Source: an uncultured Spirochaetota bacterium (lineage in GTDB: Bacteria; Spirochaetota; Spirochaetia; SZUA-6; Fen-1364). Taken from it: DNA of 64,000 nt. A program made the position numbers and the translations under genes. Positions 28,890 to 39,270 of this stretch are shown here, in pieces. The stretch's first letter is position 1, and every line of letters starts with the position of its first letter. The notes under the pieces were generated by a model, which searched no databases, was not told the origin of the DNA, and saw nothing but the letters and a program-made list of their open reading frames with translations. The stretch spans positions 1 through 64,000 of the forward strand of contig CAWJSK010000011.1 in the NCBI GenBank assembly GCA_963845535.1. The letters are read 5' to 3'.

Positions 28890-30046
28890 AAATCATTCGC
28901 ACAAGCGACCTGCGGGACGGAATGATGTTCGACAAGCCCGTCTACATCGACGGCGACAATGTGTTCGTTCCGACCGGCATCCCCATTCGGCAGAAAGACA
29001 TCGACCGGCTCACGCGGTGGGATATCGGCGAGGTGAGGACGGACGGATCGCTCGTGACGGAGGAACAAAAAAAAATCTCGGAAAAGCAAAGCGACGCCGC
29101 GCTCCTCCGAGACCTCCCGGCGGAAAAGAAGAACGTGGATGCGTACCTTCGCGCCATCGACGAATACGAGCACATCGTGAACAGCGTGACGCAGGGTGAG
29201 GAGATCGACCGCGTCCGCATTGACTCAGTGGTGAACATTCTCCTCGAGCGGATCAAAGACGGCAGGAACGAGATGATCCAGCTCATCCTGATGGCGTCGA
29301 AGATCGAGCGAAAGATTGCCGCCGGGGTCATCAACGTCACCATTCTCTCCACGATCATGGGGATAGTGCTGAAGTTCACGAGCCACAGGCTCATCCAGCT
29401 CGCAACGGGCGCGCTCCTCCATGACATCGGCATGGTGAAGGTTCCCAAGACCATACTGCAGAAAAAGGAAAAGCTGAGCCCTGAGGAGCTGAACCAGATC
29501 CGCACCCATCCCATCCATTCCTATCGCGTGATCGCCAAGGAGCTGAAATACCCTGAGGAGATCGGCCTGATAGCGCTTCAGCACCACGAGCGGTGGGACG
29601 GGCAGGGCTATCCCCGGAAGCTCCGCGGGGAGGACATCAACGTCTTTGCGCGCGTGGTGGCGGTGGCGGACGCGTACGTCGCCATGATCAACACCAGGCC
29701 CCATCGGAACTCCATGATCGGCTACAGCGCCATGAAGAACGTGCTCAACGACAACGGGAGGCACTTTGATCCCAAGATCCTCAAGGTTTTCCTGGAGAGC
29801 ATGGGGATCTATCCCATCGGGAGCATCGTACAGCTCAACAACTCAGCCATTGGCCGTGTCGTGGAGACCCACGCGGAAGCACCCTTGCGGCCCGTGGTGG
29901 AGCTCATCATCGACGAATACGGGAATACCCTCGGCGAGCGGGAGATTGTCGACCTGCTGGCGAAAAAAGGGGCGTTTATCGTCAAGGCCGTGGATCCGAA
30001 ATCGCTTGCCCCGGCGCCCGGAAGCCCGGCAGACAGGGGCTCGTGA
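28886..30046 (+). CDS. HD-GYP phosphodiesterase
   Basis: LLHDIG, HHERWDGQGYP, VADAY. Confidence 0.9.
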   Translation: MKIIRTSDLRDGMMFDKPVYIDGDNVFVPTGIPIRQKDIDRLTRWDIGEVRTDGSLVTEEQKKISEKQSDAALLRDLPAEKKNVDAYLRAIDEYEHIVNSVTQGEEIDRVRIDSVVNILLERIKDGRNEMIQLILMASKIERKIAAGVINVTILSTIMGIVLKFTSHRLIQLATGALLHDIGMVKVPKTILQKKEKLSPEELNQIRTHPIHSYRVIAKELKYPEEIGLIALQHHERWDGQGYPRKLRGEDINVFARVVAVADAYVAMINTRPHRNSMIGYSAMKNVLNDNGRHFDPKILKVFLESMGIYPIGSIVQLNNSAIGRVVETHAEAPLRPVVELIIDEYGNTLGEREIVDLLAKKGAFIVKAVDPKSLAPAPGSPADRGS

Positions 30047-30047
30047 A

Positions 30048-30446
30048 ATGCACGGAAAGGGCCGCACAGTACAGGCGTTGAACCGACAATCACGGGAGAA
30101 GGGCGCGGCCGGAGAGGACCGCGCGGCTTCCTGGCTCCTGTCACAGGGGTGGACCATCAGGGCGCGCAACTTCCGAAGCCGCCGAGGGGAAGTCGACATC
30201 ATTGCCCAAAAAGGCTCCCAGGTGGCGTTTGTCGAGGTCAAGAGCTGGGAATCCTTGCCGCTGAGCGAGCTGGAATATGCCATCTCTGCGCGAAAACGCG
30301 CCAGGATAGAGAACGCGGCGCGCTACTATGGCGCGCTGAACCCGGGGATCACGAAACTGCACCAGCGCTTTGACGTGATTTTTCTCGGCGCGGGCGCTGA
30401 CGGGATCCGTCATATCGAGGGAGCTTTCCCGGGAGGGGTCGACTGA
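30048..30446 (+). CDS. YraN family protein
   Basis: KGAAGEDRA, RNFRSRRGEVDII, FVEVK, RFDVI. Confidence 0.9.
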   Translation: MHGKGRTVQALNRQSREKGAAGEDRAASWLLSQGWTIRARNFRSRRGEVDIIAQKGSQVAFVEVKSWESLPLSELEYAISARKRARIENAARYYGALNPGITKLHQRFDVIFLGAGADGIRHIEGAFPGGVD

Positions 30447-30583
30447 TGGTGCGGACTGCCAAGAAGACCGATCCCCAGAAGATCGCTGAGTTAAAGGTCA
30501 AGATTCATGATGAGGAATATCTCTTGCAAGCCATTCAGAAGATTGCCCAGGACCTCACGAAGAACCTCGAAAACGGAGAATAG
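30446..30583 (+). CDS. small protein (45 aa), FlgM-C-terminus-like
   Basis: MVRTAKKTDPQKIAELKVKIHDEEYLLQAIQKIAQDL; TGATG coupling and SD GGAGG. Confidence 0.6.
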   Translation: MVRTAKKTDPQKIAELKVKIHDEEYLLQAIQKIAQDLTKNLENGE

Positions 30584-30586
30584 CGG

Positions 30587-31055
30587 ATGAGCTCTCGAAG
30601 CTTTCGTCGGCGAAACAACAGGCGCAAGCACGGCAGGCCTGGCGCGGCTTCCGACGCTCATCAGCCCAGCCAGCGCGGACCCGGCGGCCACCCCCCCGGA
30701 GGCCGGCGTTCCCCCGGGGAACGGCCGCGCGGGGCGGAGACTCTGCCCGGCGCGCAACGAGCCTCCGCTCGTGTTTCCTGACTGCCCCATCTGCAAGCAG
30801 CCCGTCAAGGACCTGGCGTCGGCGTTGACGCACCGAGAAACGCGGCAGCCCGCGCATTTCGACTGCATCATGCGCGAGCTTCGGGACTCGAATGAGCTTG
30901 CGCCGCAGGAAAAGATCTGCTACCTGGGGGGCGGGGCCTTTGGAATCCTGGAGTTCCGCCAGGGGCCCAGCCGGTTCGTCATCAGGAAACGCATTCAGTA
31001 CGAAGAGAAAGAGGCTGCCCAGGAATGGAAAAAGCCGCTTTTGATCTCGCTCTGA
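30587..31055 (+). pseudogene. conserved hypothetical protein (CPIC...HFDC), apparently frameshifted near 30750
   Basis: Arg-rich N-terminus in one frame; CPICKQP..HFDC..YLGGG.FG domain in the +1 frame. Confidence 0.55.
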
Positions 31056-31084
31056 TATTTTGCTTCGATCCCTCTTCGATCCCT

Positions 31085-31903
31085 TTACTTTGATGCTCCC
31101 CTGATCTCATCCAGGACCTGGAGAGCCTTGGCCTTTACCGTTCGAAGGTAATTTCCCTGCGCGATCTTGACCAGCAAGCGATACGCTTCGGGGTCTTTGA
31201 GGCCGCCGGGCGTTTTTTGCGCGAGCTTTTCGATTGCAAGGCTGATGGCGTAGCCGAAGTTCTGGTCCGGCTGCGTGGGATCTTCCAGATTGTACGCGAA
31301 CTCTATTGCCTGCACCGTTTCGTTGTTCTGGTTCATTCCCAGGTTGCCCAGCGCGTAGGCGGCTTCCGCTTTGACCATGGGCTCATCATCGATGAGCAGG
31401 ACTCTGATGAGGGCGTTCTTGGCTTCCTCCGTTCCAACGCGGCCCAGAAGGCTGGCGGCCCGCCGGCGGACTTCCGGAAAGTCATTTATCTTGCGTCCGT
31501 TTTCCCGCGAGATCCGGCCGGACCCTTCCAGGGCCAGATACTCCAAGACGAACTCAACCTGCGCCGCATCCGAGCTGCTCAATCCCGCGTCGATTCTTTT
31601 CTCCAAATCGTCGAGCGCGCTCAGCTTGACATCACGGTCATCTGAGGTCGCTTTTTCCCTCAGGATCTGGAACTCGATGCTCTTCAGGAATAGTTCCTCT
31701 ATTGTCATTTCCCGTGACCCGCCCTGGGAAGCGGTCTGCGTGCCGGATTGCCCCTGGGTGCCGCTCTGGCCGGCCGGCTGCGCCGCATCCTGCGCGGAGA
31801 GCAGGAGAGCGGGGGACAGGAAGAGCGCGGCGGCAAAAGCGCTCACGAGGAGCAGCCGCGGCGTGGCCCCTTTTTCAGCATCTCTTTTCAATGATTCTCT
31901 CAT
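31085..31903 (-). CDS. HEAT-repeat protein, exported
   Basis: PEVRRRAASLLG, PMVKAEAAYALG; hydrophobic signal segment. Confidence 0.8.
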   Translation of the reverse strand: MRESLKRDAEKGATPRLLLVSAFAAALFLSPALLLSAQDAAQPAGQSGTQGQSGTQTASQGGSREMTIEELFLKSIEFQILREKATSDDRDVKLSALDDLEKRIDAGLSSSDAAQVEFVLEYLALEGSGRISRENGRKINDFPEVRRRAASLLGRVGTEEAKNALIRVLLIDDEPMVKAEAAYALGNLGMNQNNETVQAIEFAYNLEDPTQPDQNFGYAISLAIEKLAQKTPGGLKDPEAYRLLVKIAQGNYLRTVKAKALQVLDEIRGASK

Positions 31904-31926
31904 GTCTGCTCCCCAGTCCTTTCTTT

Positions 31927-32460
31927 TCAGTCCTGGTCTGACGACCATATTCCAACTTTCCAACGATCATCCTCACGTACCAGATAATACAGAATCACGG
32001 GATTGCCATCAATTATGCTCATTGCTTTGACGTGCGTTTTGTCCACGAACGTGATGTCCTGCAGAGTCGCCTGGACCCTGCTGAGCACGACAACGTTCTG
32101 GAAATAATCCTTCAGGGAATGAAGAACGATCCCGCTTTTCTGCAGGACGCCGCTGCGGGAGGCGCGGTCCAGGAACTTCGGGTCGCTGGTCTTGGCGACG
32201 TAGTCAGCCGTGAGATACGACCGCCATCCCTCGTAGTCCTGCGCGTTGATGAGAGCCGTCAGGGAGGCAATGACCTCTTTGACCTCGTCGAACGTCTTGT
32301 TGTAGAGCTCCGGCGTGACCACGAACTCCTTCTGCGAGGCGCCGTCGGAGGAGGAGTCCTGGGGTTGCGGCTGGGCCATGGCAGGCTTCGGATGCGAAAC
32401 GCATGCGAAAAGCGTCATTGCAGCGGTAATCTGAATGCATATCCTCCACGCCGGGGTCAT
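31927..32460 (-). CDS. hypothetical lipoprotein (NTF2-like pattern)
   Basis: lipobox-like LFAC; DYEGWRSYL, LVREDDRWKV. Confidence 0.6.
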   Translation of the reverse strand: MTPAWRICIQITAAMTLFACVSHPKPAMAQPQPQDSSSDGASQKEFVVTPELYNKTFDEVKEVIASLTALINAQDYEGWRSYLTADYVAKTSDPKFLDRASRSGVLQKSGIVLHSLKDYFQNVVVLSRVQATLQDITFVDKTHVKAMSIIDGNPVILYYLVREDDRWKVGIWSSDQD

Positions 32461-32543
32461 TGTCCACAATTCTATTCACCGGCCCGCGCGTTGTCAAAGA
32501 ATTTCCCCTTGCAGGGGGAGGGAAGCTTCGTTATTCTGGCCGC

Positions 32544-33050
32544 ATGTTCAAGGTGCTGCTCCCGGGAACTTTTGATCCTCCCACGAACGGCCATCTCAAC
32601 ATCCTCCGCAGGGCGTCACGCTTGTTCGACGCCGTGCACGTGGTGATTGCCGTCAACCCGCAGAAGTCCTACCTTTTCAACGCGGAGGAGCGGCTCGGCA
32701 TGATGAGCGCCCTCGCGCCAGACCTGGAGAACGTCACCGTCTCCACGTGGAACGGCCTTATCGTCGATTTCGCAGACCGGATTGGCGTCCACGTCATTGT
32801 CCGCGGCGTGCGCGCGCTCGCTGATTTCGACTACGAGTTCGAGCTCTCCGTGATGAATCGCTCGCTCAATCCCCGGATAGAGACAATCTTCCTGCCCACC
32901 GATCAGAAGTATTCCGTCATTCGATCCTCGGCCATCAAGGAAATAGCGGGGTTTGGCGGGGATATCTCCGGCATGGTGCCCCCCCTGGTGGCCAAGGCGC
33001 TCCAGGAAAAGCTTCACAGTGCCAACCGCGAGCAGACACTGACGCCTTGA
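32544..33050 (+). CDS. coaD: pantetheine-phosphate adenylyltransferase
   Basis: PGTFDPPTNGH, RGVRA..DFDYE, SSAIKE. Confidence 0.95.
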   Translation: MFKVLLPGTFDPPTNGHLNILRRASRLFDAVHVVIAVNPQKSYLFNAEERLGMMSALAPDLENVTVSTWNGLIVDFADRIGVHVIVRGVRALADFDYEFELSVMNRSLNPRIETIFLPTDQKYSVIRSSAIKEIAGFGGDISGMVPPLVAKALQEKLHSANREQTLTP

Positions 33051-33141
33051 CATTCGAAGAGCGTTAGTGTAGCTTTGCGTCCTGTCACGGCCGTTGCCGT
33101 GGCGTGTGTGTCTCATCACAACATAATCGGGGTGACCAGCT

Positions 33142-33327
33142 ATGGCTTTGCCGAAAAGAAGAATATCACGGGCGCGGGGACGCCAGCGGCGTTCAGCGAA
33201 CCAGCGCCTCGCCGTCCCGACACTCGTGGAATGCAGCAACTGTGGGAACCGGATCATGCCGCACCGTGTATGTCCGAAATGCGGGTTCTACAGGGGAAAG
33301 CAGATCCTCAAGCCGGAAGAGATGTAA
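33142..33327 (+). CDS. rpmF: 50S ribosomal protein L32
   Basis: MALPKRRISRAR, CSNCG..PHRVCPKCGFY. Confidence 0.95.
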   Translation: MALPKRRISRARGRQRRSANQRLAVPTLVECSNCGNRIMPHRVCPKCGFYRGKQILKPEEM

Positions 33328-33390
33328 AAGGGAAAATGGGGAACAACTCCACGCATTGATTGACACCATTTCAAGAGGAGGTTGAGTTCT

Positions 33391-33630
33391 ATGGACGAGC
33401 TGTTCGAGAAAATGAAAAAACTCATCGCCGACAGGCTTGAGATCGACGAGTCGAAGATCACCCTGGATTCCTCTTTCCGCCAGGACCTCGGGGCTGACAG
33501 CCTGGACACCTACGAGCTTGTTTACGCAATCGAGGAAGAGCTCGGGATCAGCATCCCGGACGAAAAGGCAAATGAGTTTGAGACCGTCAGGGACGCTTTG
33601 GACTACATCCGCACTCAGTTGAAAAAATAG
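33391..33630 (+). CDS. acpP: acyl carrier protein (housekeeping)
   Basis: DLGADSLDTYEL; between rpmF and rnc. Confidence 0.95.
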   Translation: MDELFEKMKKLIADRLEIDESKITLDSSFRQDLGADSLDTYELVYAIEEELGISIPDEKANEFETVRDALDYIRTQLKK

Positions 33631-33637
33631 GAAGGTT

Positions 33638-34450
33638 TTGTTCAAAAGAAACAGAAGAGCGCCGGCCGTCACGCTGCGGCCGGAGAGGAAAAAGGAACTC
33701 CAGCTTTTCGAACGGCATGCGGGCATCCGGTTCCGTGAGCTGGAGTTTCTCAATCAGGCGTTCACCCATCGATCTTTTGCGAACGAGCTCGGCGAATCGA
33801 CGGAAAACAACGAAAGGCTGGAGTTTCTCGGGGATTCCGTGCTCGGTCTCGCCGTCAGCGAATATCTCTACACGTCCCTGCCTGACCAGCCCGAAGGAGA
33901 GCTCGCGCGCATCAAGAGCTTCGTCGTGAGTGAGGCGAGCCTTTCGGAGATTGCCCGCGCGCTGCGGGTGGACAACTACATCCTCATCGGACGCGGGGAG
34001 GAGTACTCCGGAGGCCGCTCGAAAAAGGCCATCCTGGCGGACTGCCTGGAAGCCATCATTGGCGCGTACTACTTGGACTCGGGGTTTCAGCCCTCACGGC
34101 TGTTCGTTCATCAGATGCTGATCCCTGAGATCAACAAGGTCCTGGAAAACAGGCATGCCAAGGACTACAAGACTCTTCTCCAAGAGTACGTCCAGAAGCG
34201 CATGAAGACCTACCCAAAATACAAGGTCGTGCAGAAGACCGGCCCGGACCATGACCGGACGTTCTGGATCGAGGTCCACGTGGGGGACAGGTCCTTCGGG
34301 GCCGGCAAGGGCAAGAACAAGAAGGAAGCAGAGCAGGAGGCGGCGCGCATCGCCTACGAAGGAATGCACGTGGCGCAAAACCCGGTCCGCCCCGGGCGGT
34401 CCCAAGCCGCCGCGTCCCGCGCTCGCGGGGCGCAGGGAGCCGAATCCTGA
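33638..34450 (+). CDS. rnc: ribonuclease III
   Basis: NERLEFLGDSVL; dsRBD DYKTLLQE..GPDH. Confidence 0.95.
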   Translation: MFKRNRRAPAVTLRPERKKELQLFERHAGIRFRELEFLNQAFTHRSFANELGESTENNERLEFLGDSVLGLAVSEYLYTSLPDQPEGELARIKSFVVSEASLSEIARALRVDNYILIGRGEEYSGGRSKKAILADCLEAIIGAYYLDSGFQPSRLFVHQMLIPEINKVLENRHAKDYKTLLQEYVQKRMKTYPKYKVVQKTGPDHDRTFWIEVHVGDRSFGAGKGKNKKEAEQEAARIAYEGMHVAQNPVRPGRSQAAASRARGAQGAES

Positions 34451-34502
34451 CTCAGCGCCGGATCATAACGCCGCATTCCCGCGCCGCGGCGTCAGCAGCC
34501 GA

Positions 34503-35858
34503 CTAACCGCCCAGCCGTTCGCGGTGCATGCGGCCCGCGATTTCCAGGAGCTTTTCTTTTTCATTCAAACCCGGGTCCTCAAGCACGGCTTGAAGAAGCT
34601 CGTTGAGGATGACGCCCACCACGGGTCCGGGCGGGATACCGAGAGTCTTCATGATGTCGCCGCCGTGCACCGCTAGCTGCCGAAGGCTGAATGCCCGTCC
34701 CTCCTGCTTCACCGAGTGAACGCGCGCGGCGAAGTCAGCCAGACCCTGCGGGAACGCGGCTGCGTTCTCCCGGCACATGCCAATCTGGTCAGCCCTGCGC
34801 AAGGCCATCAGGTCATCGATTTTCTCCTCGCCGACGCGCGCAATGAGGCGTCGGACCGCGGCGTCGGACCATTCCTCCTGGTAGTTGAACATGTGGTGGG
34901 TAACAAGGTGGCAAACGTCCTTCACCACCGCAAGGGGGAGCTTCAAGCGCATCAAGATGGCTTCCACCATTTCCGCTGATACTTTCTCATGCGAATAGAA
35001 CGTGGGATGGCCGTCGGGGGCCACGCTGCGCGTTCGAGGCTTTCCGATATCGTGGAGGAGCGCCGCCATCCTCAGGATGAGCGACGCGCGCGGAGCGGCG
35101 TCACATGCGTAGAGGGAATGCGTAAACACGTCGTAGCAATGGAGGCTGCCCTGCTCGACGCCGACTCCCTCCAGCAGCTCGGGAAGGATCACGCCAAGGA
35201 TTCCCGTGTCGCGCATGAGGAAAAAGCCCGCCGAAGGCAGGGGCGACTCGATCGTTTTCAAGAGCTCGTCCCGAACACGCTCCGCCGACACCTTCGCCAG
35301 AACGCCGAGCGACCCCGGGATGGCGGCCAGCGTGGTCTCATGGATCATGAAGGAAAGCTGCGCGGCGATCCTGCACGCGCGCAACGGCCGAAGCCCATCC
35401 TCGTTGAAGCGTTCTGAGGGGTCTCCGATGGCCCTGATGAGGCGGGCCTCGAGGTCCTTGCGGCCGCCGTGCGGGTCGATGATCTTGTCCGTACGCAGGT
35501 CGCAGGCAAGCGCGTTGATGGTGAAGTCCCGGCGCGAAAGATCGTCGAAAATGGTTGGCGCGAACGTGACGCTGTCAGGCCGCCGACCATCGCTGTACCC
35601 GGCCTCCGTCCTGAATGTGGTCACTTCAAACGTGATGTCCTTGAACAGAACGGTCACCGTCCCGTGCTTGATGCCGGTGGGGATCACGCGGCGAAACAGG
35701 GACGTGACCTGTTCCGGGAGCGCATCCGTGGCGATGTCGTAATCCGTGTGGGCCCTTCCCATCAGCGTGTCGCGCACGGCGCCGCCGACGAGGTAGCACT
35801 GGAAGCCGGCCTCCCGAAACGGCGCGGCGAAATCTTTGACCACTTTGGGGACTCGCAT
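34503..35858 (-). CDS. CCA tRNA nucleotidyltransferase with HD domain
   Basis: LVGGAVRD, DYDIAT, RRDFTINA, EDGLR, LLHDIGK. Confidence 0.9.
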   Translation of the reverse strand: MRVPKVVKDFAAPFREAGFQCYLVGGAVRDTLMGRAHTDYDIATDALPEQVTSLFRRVIPTGIKHGTVTVLFKDITFEVTTFRTEAGYSDGRRPDSVTFAPTIFDDLSRRDFTINALACDLRTDKIIDPHGGRKDLEARLIRAIGDPSERFNEDGLRPLRACRIAAQLSFMIHETTLAAIPGSLGVLAKVSAERVRDELLKTIESPLPSAGFFLMRDTGILGVILPELLEGVGVEQGSLHCYDVFTHSLYACDAAPRASLILRMAALLHDIGKPRTRSVAPDGHPTFYSHEKVSAEMVEAILMRLKLPLAVVKDVCHLVTHHMFNYQEEWSDAAVRRLIARVGEEKIDDLMALRRADQIGMCRENAAAFPQGLADFAARVHSVKQEGRAFSLRQLAVHGGDIMKTLGIPPGPVVGVILNELLQAVLEDPGLNEKEKLLEIAGRMHRERLGG

Positions 35859-35898
35859 CGCGGCTCAAGTAAACCGGTTTCGGATGGTGAGTGTCAAC

Positions 35899-35955
35899 AA
35901 AAAGCCGCCCCGGAATCCACGTGCGCGCGCGCGGCCGTGGAGGGGCGGCTTTCTT
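35899..35955. terminator. probable intrinsic terminator downstream of flaB
   Basis: AAAAGCCGCCCC...GGGGCGGCTTTC inverted repeat with T-run on minus strand. Confidence 0.6.
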
Positions 35956-35976
35956 GAGAAACGTTCCTTTCGGGAC

Positions 35977-36849
35977 TTAGCGGAACAGCTGCAGGACGGT
36001 CTGTGGCTTCGTGTTGGCCTGCGCCAGCATGGCCGTGGAGGACTGCACAAGAATCTGGTCCTTCACGAACTCCACCATCTGCGCAGCCATGTCGGTGTCC
36101 CTGATGAGGCTCTCGGCTGCCTGGAGGTTCTCCGCCCCCACCGCCAGCCCCTTCATGGCGTACTCCAGCCTGTTCTGGTAGGCGCCCAGGTCAGCCCGCT
36201 GCTTGTTGACCAGCTTCAGCGCGTGGTCAAGCACTCCGATGGCCGCGTTGGCGTGGTCAGGAGAGGACAGCGAGATGAAGGTGGCGTTGGCAGGCAGGCC
36301 GTTTACTCCCTGGATGCCCAGGCCCTGGGCGGTCATGGTGCCAATGAACACACGGGTCCTCTGGTCCATGTTGGCCCCGATCTGCAGCCACATGCTGCCG
36401 GTGATGGCGTTCTCCCCCGTGGGGCGGGCAAAGCGGCCGGTGAGCATGTTCATGCCGTTGAACTGGGCATGGGAGGCAATGCGGTTGACCTCGGCCACCA
36501 GCTGGGATACTTCGACCTGGATCTGCATGCGGTCCTCGTCGGAGTAGATGCCGTTGGCGGCCTGCACGGACAGCTCGCGCAGCCTCTGCATGATGTCCTG
36601 GCTCTCCTGGAGGTAGCCTTCAGCGGTCTGGATGAAGGAGATGCCGTTCTGGGCGTTGTTCTGCGCCTGGTGCAGACCACGGATCTGGGAGCGCATCTTC
36701 TCCGAGACGGCCAGCCCGGATGCGTCATCGCCCGCGCGGTTGATGCGCATGCCGGATGAGAGCTTCTCCATGTCCTTGTCCGCCTGGATGCCGTTGAAGA
36801 ACAACTGGCGGTCGGTGAAGAGAGCGCTCATGTTGTGATTGATGATCAT
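35977..36849 (-). CDS. flaB: periplasmic flagellar core flagellin
   Basis: [56 protein letters not shown]. Confidence 0.95.
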   Translation of the reverse strand: MIINHNMSALFTDRQLFFNGIQADKDMEKLSSGMRINRAGDDASGLAVSEKMRSQIRGLHQAQNNAQNGISFIQTAEGYLQESQDIMQRLRELSVQAANGIYSDEDRMQIQVEVSQLVAEVNRIASHAQFNGMNMLTGRFARPTGENAITGSMWLQIGANMDQRTRVFIGTMTAQGLGIQGVNGLPANATFISLSSPDHANAAIGVLDHALKLVNKQRADLGAYQNRLEYAMKGLAVGAENLQAAESLIRDTDMAAQMVEFVKDQILVQSSTAMLAQANTKPQTVLQLFR

Positions 36850-36871
36850 CAAATCCTCCTTGAACGTGTCT

Positions 36872-36934
36872 ACCCGGACGTCCCTGTCCGGGGTGATCTC
36901 CCTTCAATGCTCGGAAGAATCCGGGGCGGCTTGA
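36872..36934 (-). promoter_or_regulatory. sigma28-like promoter and CsrA-type GGA hairpin in flaB leader
   Basis: TCAA-N15-TCCGAGCA (36934-36908); hairpin CCCGGAC-AGGGAC-GTCCGGG. Confidence 0.55.
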
Positions 36935-37006
36935 GAAATTCCGTTCCAGCCCCAGCGCGTTGCAATCAACCGCTGAAACCGCTACGCTTGAAATCAAGAG
37001 ACGCGG

Positions 37007-38788
37007 ATGCGGGCAAAAACCAGACTCGAAGAGTTGTCGCTGGCCCTGCCTGAGAAAGAGCGCAAAGACCTCCTGGAGAGGATTGCGAGGCGCATGGAGC
37101 GCACGGAGCCGGATGAGGCTTTCCCCGTCGAGCTGAAGGAGGACGAGCGGGACAAGCTCATCTCCCATGAGATCCAGGAAGCCGGCCTGTGGATGCGGTT
37201 CCTCCTGTGGCTGCGGATGTTCCTCACCGGACGGACCCGCAAAGAGGTCTTCATCGACCTTCGGCTCAAACAGCTGAAGTCCCATATCCAGGCGGTGAAT
37301 CCCGGGCTCACTGGTTTCGAGACGCGGGACCTCGCCCCGAAGCTCGCGCGGAGGCTTTTCCAGGTCTACCAGCGCGTCAGGCCTCTTTTCTCCCTCTACC
37401 ACGCCCTCAGCTCGGACAAGGGCTTCAAGGGAGACGCTTTCTCCTGGCTCGTCGAAAGGCGCCTTGAGAACGCAAAAAGCTCCCTGGAGGACTTCATTGC
37501 GGAAGACGAGATGGAGGAGCTTTTCGCCGCTTCCGGCCAGACGGAAGACATCAGGAAAAGATTGTCAGCCCGGCTCAACGAATACGTGAGAGCCATTCCC
37601 GAGTCGTTTCTTTTCCAGCTGGAAGAGCAGGCGCGTCTTCACCTCTTTCTCGGGACAATCGTCTTCTTCCCTTTTGCAAGCTTGTTCAGGTACTTCAACC
37701 ACATCCTGTCTGATTCGGACCAGGAGGAAAAGGCTCCGGACTTCGAGCATGCCCCTGCCATGCTGACCCTCGACCTGCTGGAGAGGCTGAGCACGGTGTT
37801 TGCGCACCTCCTGGAGCTGGCTCCCGACTTTCCCTGCGCCGAAGAGCCGATCGCCTATTACCTCAGTGTCCGCGCCGGATTGAAACCCCGGGAGGAAGGT
37901 GACACAGCCCGGGTGGAGCCGGACCTGGTACGGGTGCGCTCGGATATCCACGCGCTCACGGCTGATATCGAGCAGTTCGAAAAGACCGTGCCGCTGCTCG
38001 ACATCGTCCGCTATTTTCGGTCCGACCCGTGGTATCAGCTCGTCTCCGGCGCGCCGCAGCTGTACCTGCGCAACCTGTACTTCTCGACGCTCAAGGCGCG
38101 CCTCACGGAGGAGCTGGAGGAAAGGCTGGGCGACGTCAAGGAGAAAGTCATTGGGAGGAAGATCCAGGAAGTCCTCAAGAGCGCGCGGCTCACAGAGCTT
38201 GCGAACCTGCGCGAGGCGCCGGAAGAAGCTCTTCGCAAGGAAGGACTGCCGTATCTCACGTGCGTCCGCAGCCTGACGCTTCTCTACAATTACCTGCTGC
38301 AGCAATTCAAGGGCACCGTGCAGGAGGCGGCGCAGCTTTTGGGAGAAACGGCGCTGGCCAACAACCGCATCACCCAGAACCGGCTCACCATGACCATATC
38401 GAACCTCGAAGACCTGGAGGCGAGGATCATCCTTTTCGACAGGTCATTCTCTCCAGACGAGGAGGACGGGAAGCAGCTCTCGCGGTTTCGGGAAAACCTT
38501 GCCACGGACCTGCTCTCGCAAAAAGGGTACCGCTCTTTCATCATCCAGAAGGACAGGGAAGGGAGGGACCTCATCGACAAGGCCAGGGAGAACCTGGCGG
38601 GCGTGCGCCGCATTTTCGAGGAGATCCGCCTGAGCACGTTCGAGAACACGCGCTCAATCCTCAAGACGCTGCATGCCTTGCGGGGCAGGAACCAGACTCT
38701 GGGGCAAATCCTCGCGACGCGCTCGGAGGCAATCGGCGCGTTCCTGCAGTTGCTCGATCAGCTCGTGGAGGTGGAGAAGGGCGACTGA
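37007..38788 (+). CDS. spirochaete conserved helical protein (DUF5312-like)
   Basis: 593 aa all-helical ORF; family assignment from memory. Confidence 0.6.
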   Translation: MRAKTRLEELSLALPEKERKDLLERIARRMERTEPDEAFPVELKEDERDKLISHEIQEAGLWMRFLLWLRMFLTGRTRKEVFIDLRLKQLKSHIQAVNPGLTGFETRDLAPKLARRLFQVYQRVRPLFSLYHALSSDKGFKGDAFSWLVERRLENAKSSLEDFIAEDEMEELFAASGQTEDIRKRLSARLNEYVRAIPESFLFQLEEQARLHLFLGTIVFFPFASLFRYFNHILSDSDQEEKAPDFEHAPAMLTLDLLERLSTVFAHLLELAPDFPCAEEPIAYYLSVRAGLKPREEGDTARVEPDLVRVRSDIHALTADIEQFEKTVPLLDIVRYFRSDPWYQLVSGAPQLYLRNLYFSTLKARLTEELEERLGDVKEKVIGRKIQEVLKSARLTELANLREAPEEALRKEGLPYLTCVRSLTLLYNYLLQQFKGTVQEAAQLLGETALANNRITQNRLTMTISNLEDLEARIILFDRSFSPDEEDGKQLSRFRENLATDLLSQKGYRSFIIQKDREGRDLIDKARENLAGVRRIFEEIRLSTFENTRSILKTLHALRGRNQTLGQILATRSEAIGAFLQLLDQLVEVEKGD

Positions 38789-39267
38789 GAGAGAAGCTCC
38801 CGCAGCCTGCGGGTGGTCTCCCGCGGGTCTTCTACAAGGACCCGTTTGCCGGCAATCAGGTCCGCGATCCCCGTCTCCCGTGGATAGCGCGGTATGATGT
38901 GCAGGTGCAGGTGGTTGATGGAAGCGCCGGCCGCGGGGCCCATGTTGAAGCCGATGTTGTAGGCATGAGGCGAGCACGCCCGGTCAAGCAAATCGAGCAG
39001 GGAGCGTTGCAGCACAGAAAGCCGGCTTTCCTCCGCCGTGGTGAGCTCCCGCACGTCCTCCACGTGACGCAGGGGATACACGAGCAGGTGGCCGGGGTTG
39101 TACGGATAGAGGTTCACCGAGACGATGAAAAGCTCGTCCCGCCAGATGCTGAGGTCCACCACGTCAGGGTTTTTGTCCCGTATCATGCAGAGAATGCACC
39201 CTGAGGGATGCTTGCCTTTGACGTATGCCATCTTCTCGAAGTTCAAGAAATAGGAGTGGTCTCCCAC
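38758..39267 (-). CDS. HIT family hydrolase
   Basis: CILC, NLYPYNPGHL, AGASINHLHLHIIPR. Confidence 0.9.
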   Translation of the reverse strand: MGDHSYFLNFEKMAYVKGKHPSGCILCMIRDKNPDVVDLSIWRDELFIVSVNLYPYNPGHLLVYPLRHVEDVRELTTAEESRLSVLQRSLLDLLDRACSPHAYNIGFNMGPAAGASINHLHLHIIPRYPRETGIADLIAGKRVLVEDPRETTRRLRELLSQSPFSTSTS

Positions 39268-39270
39268 TGG

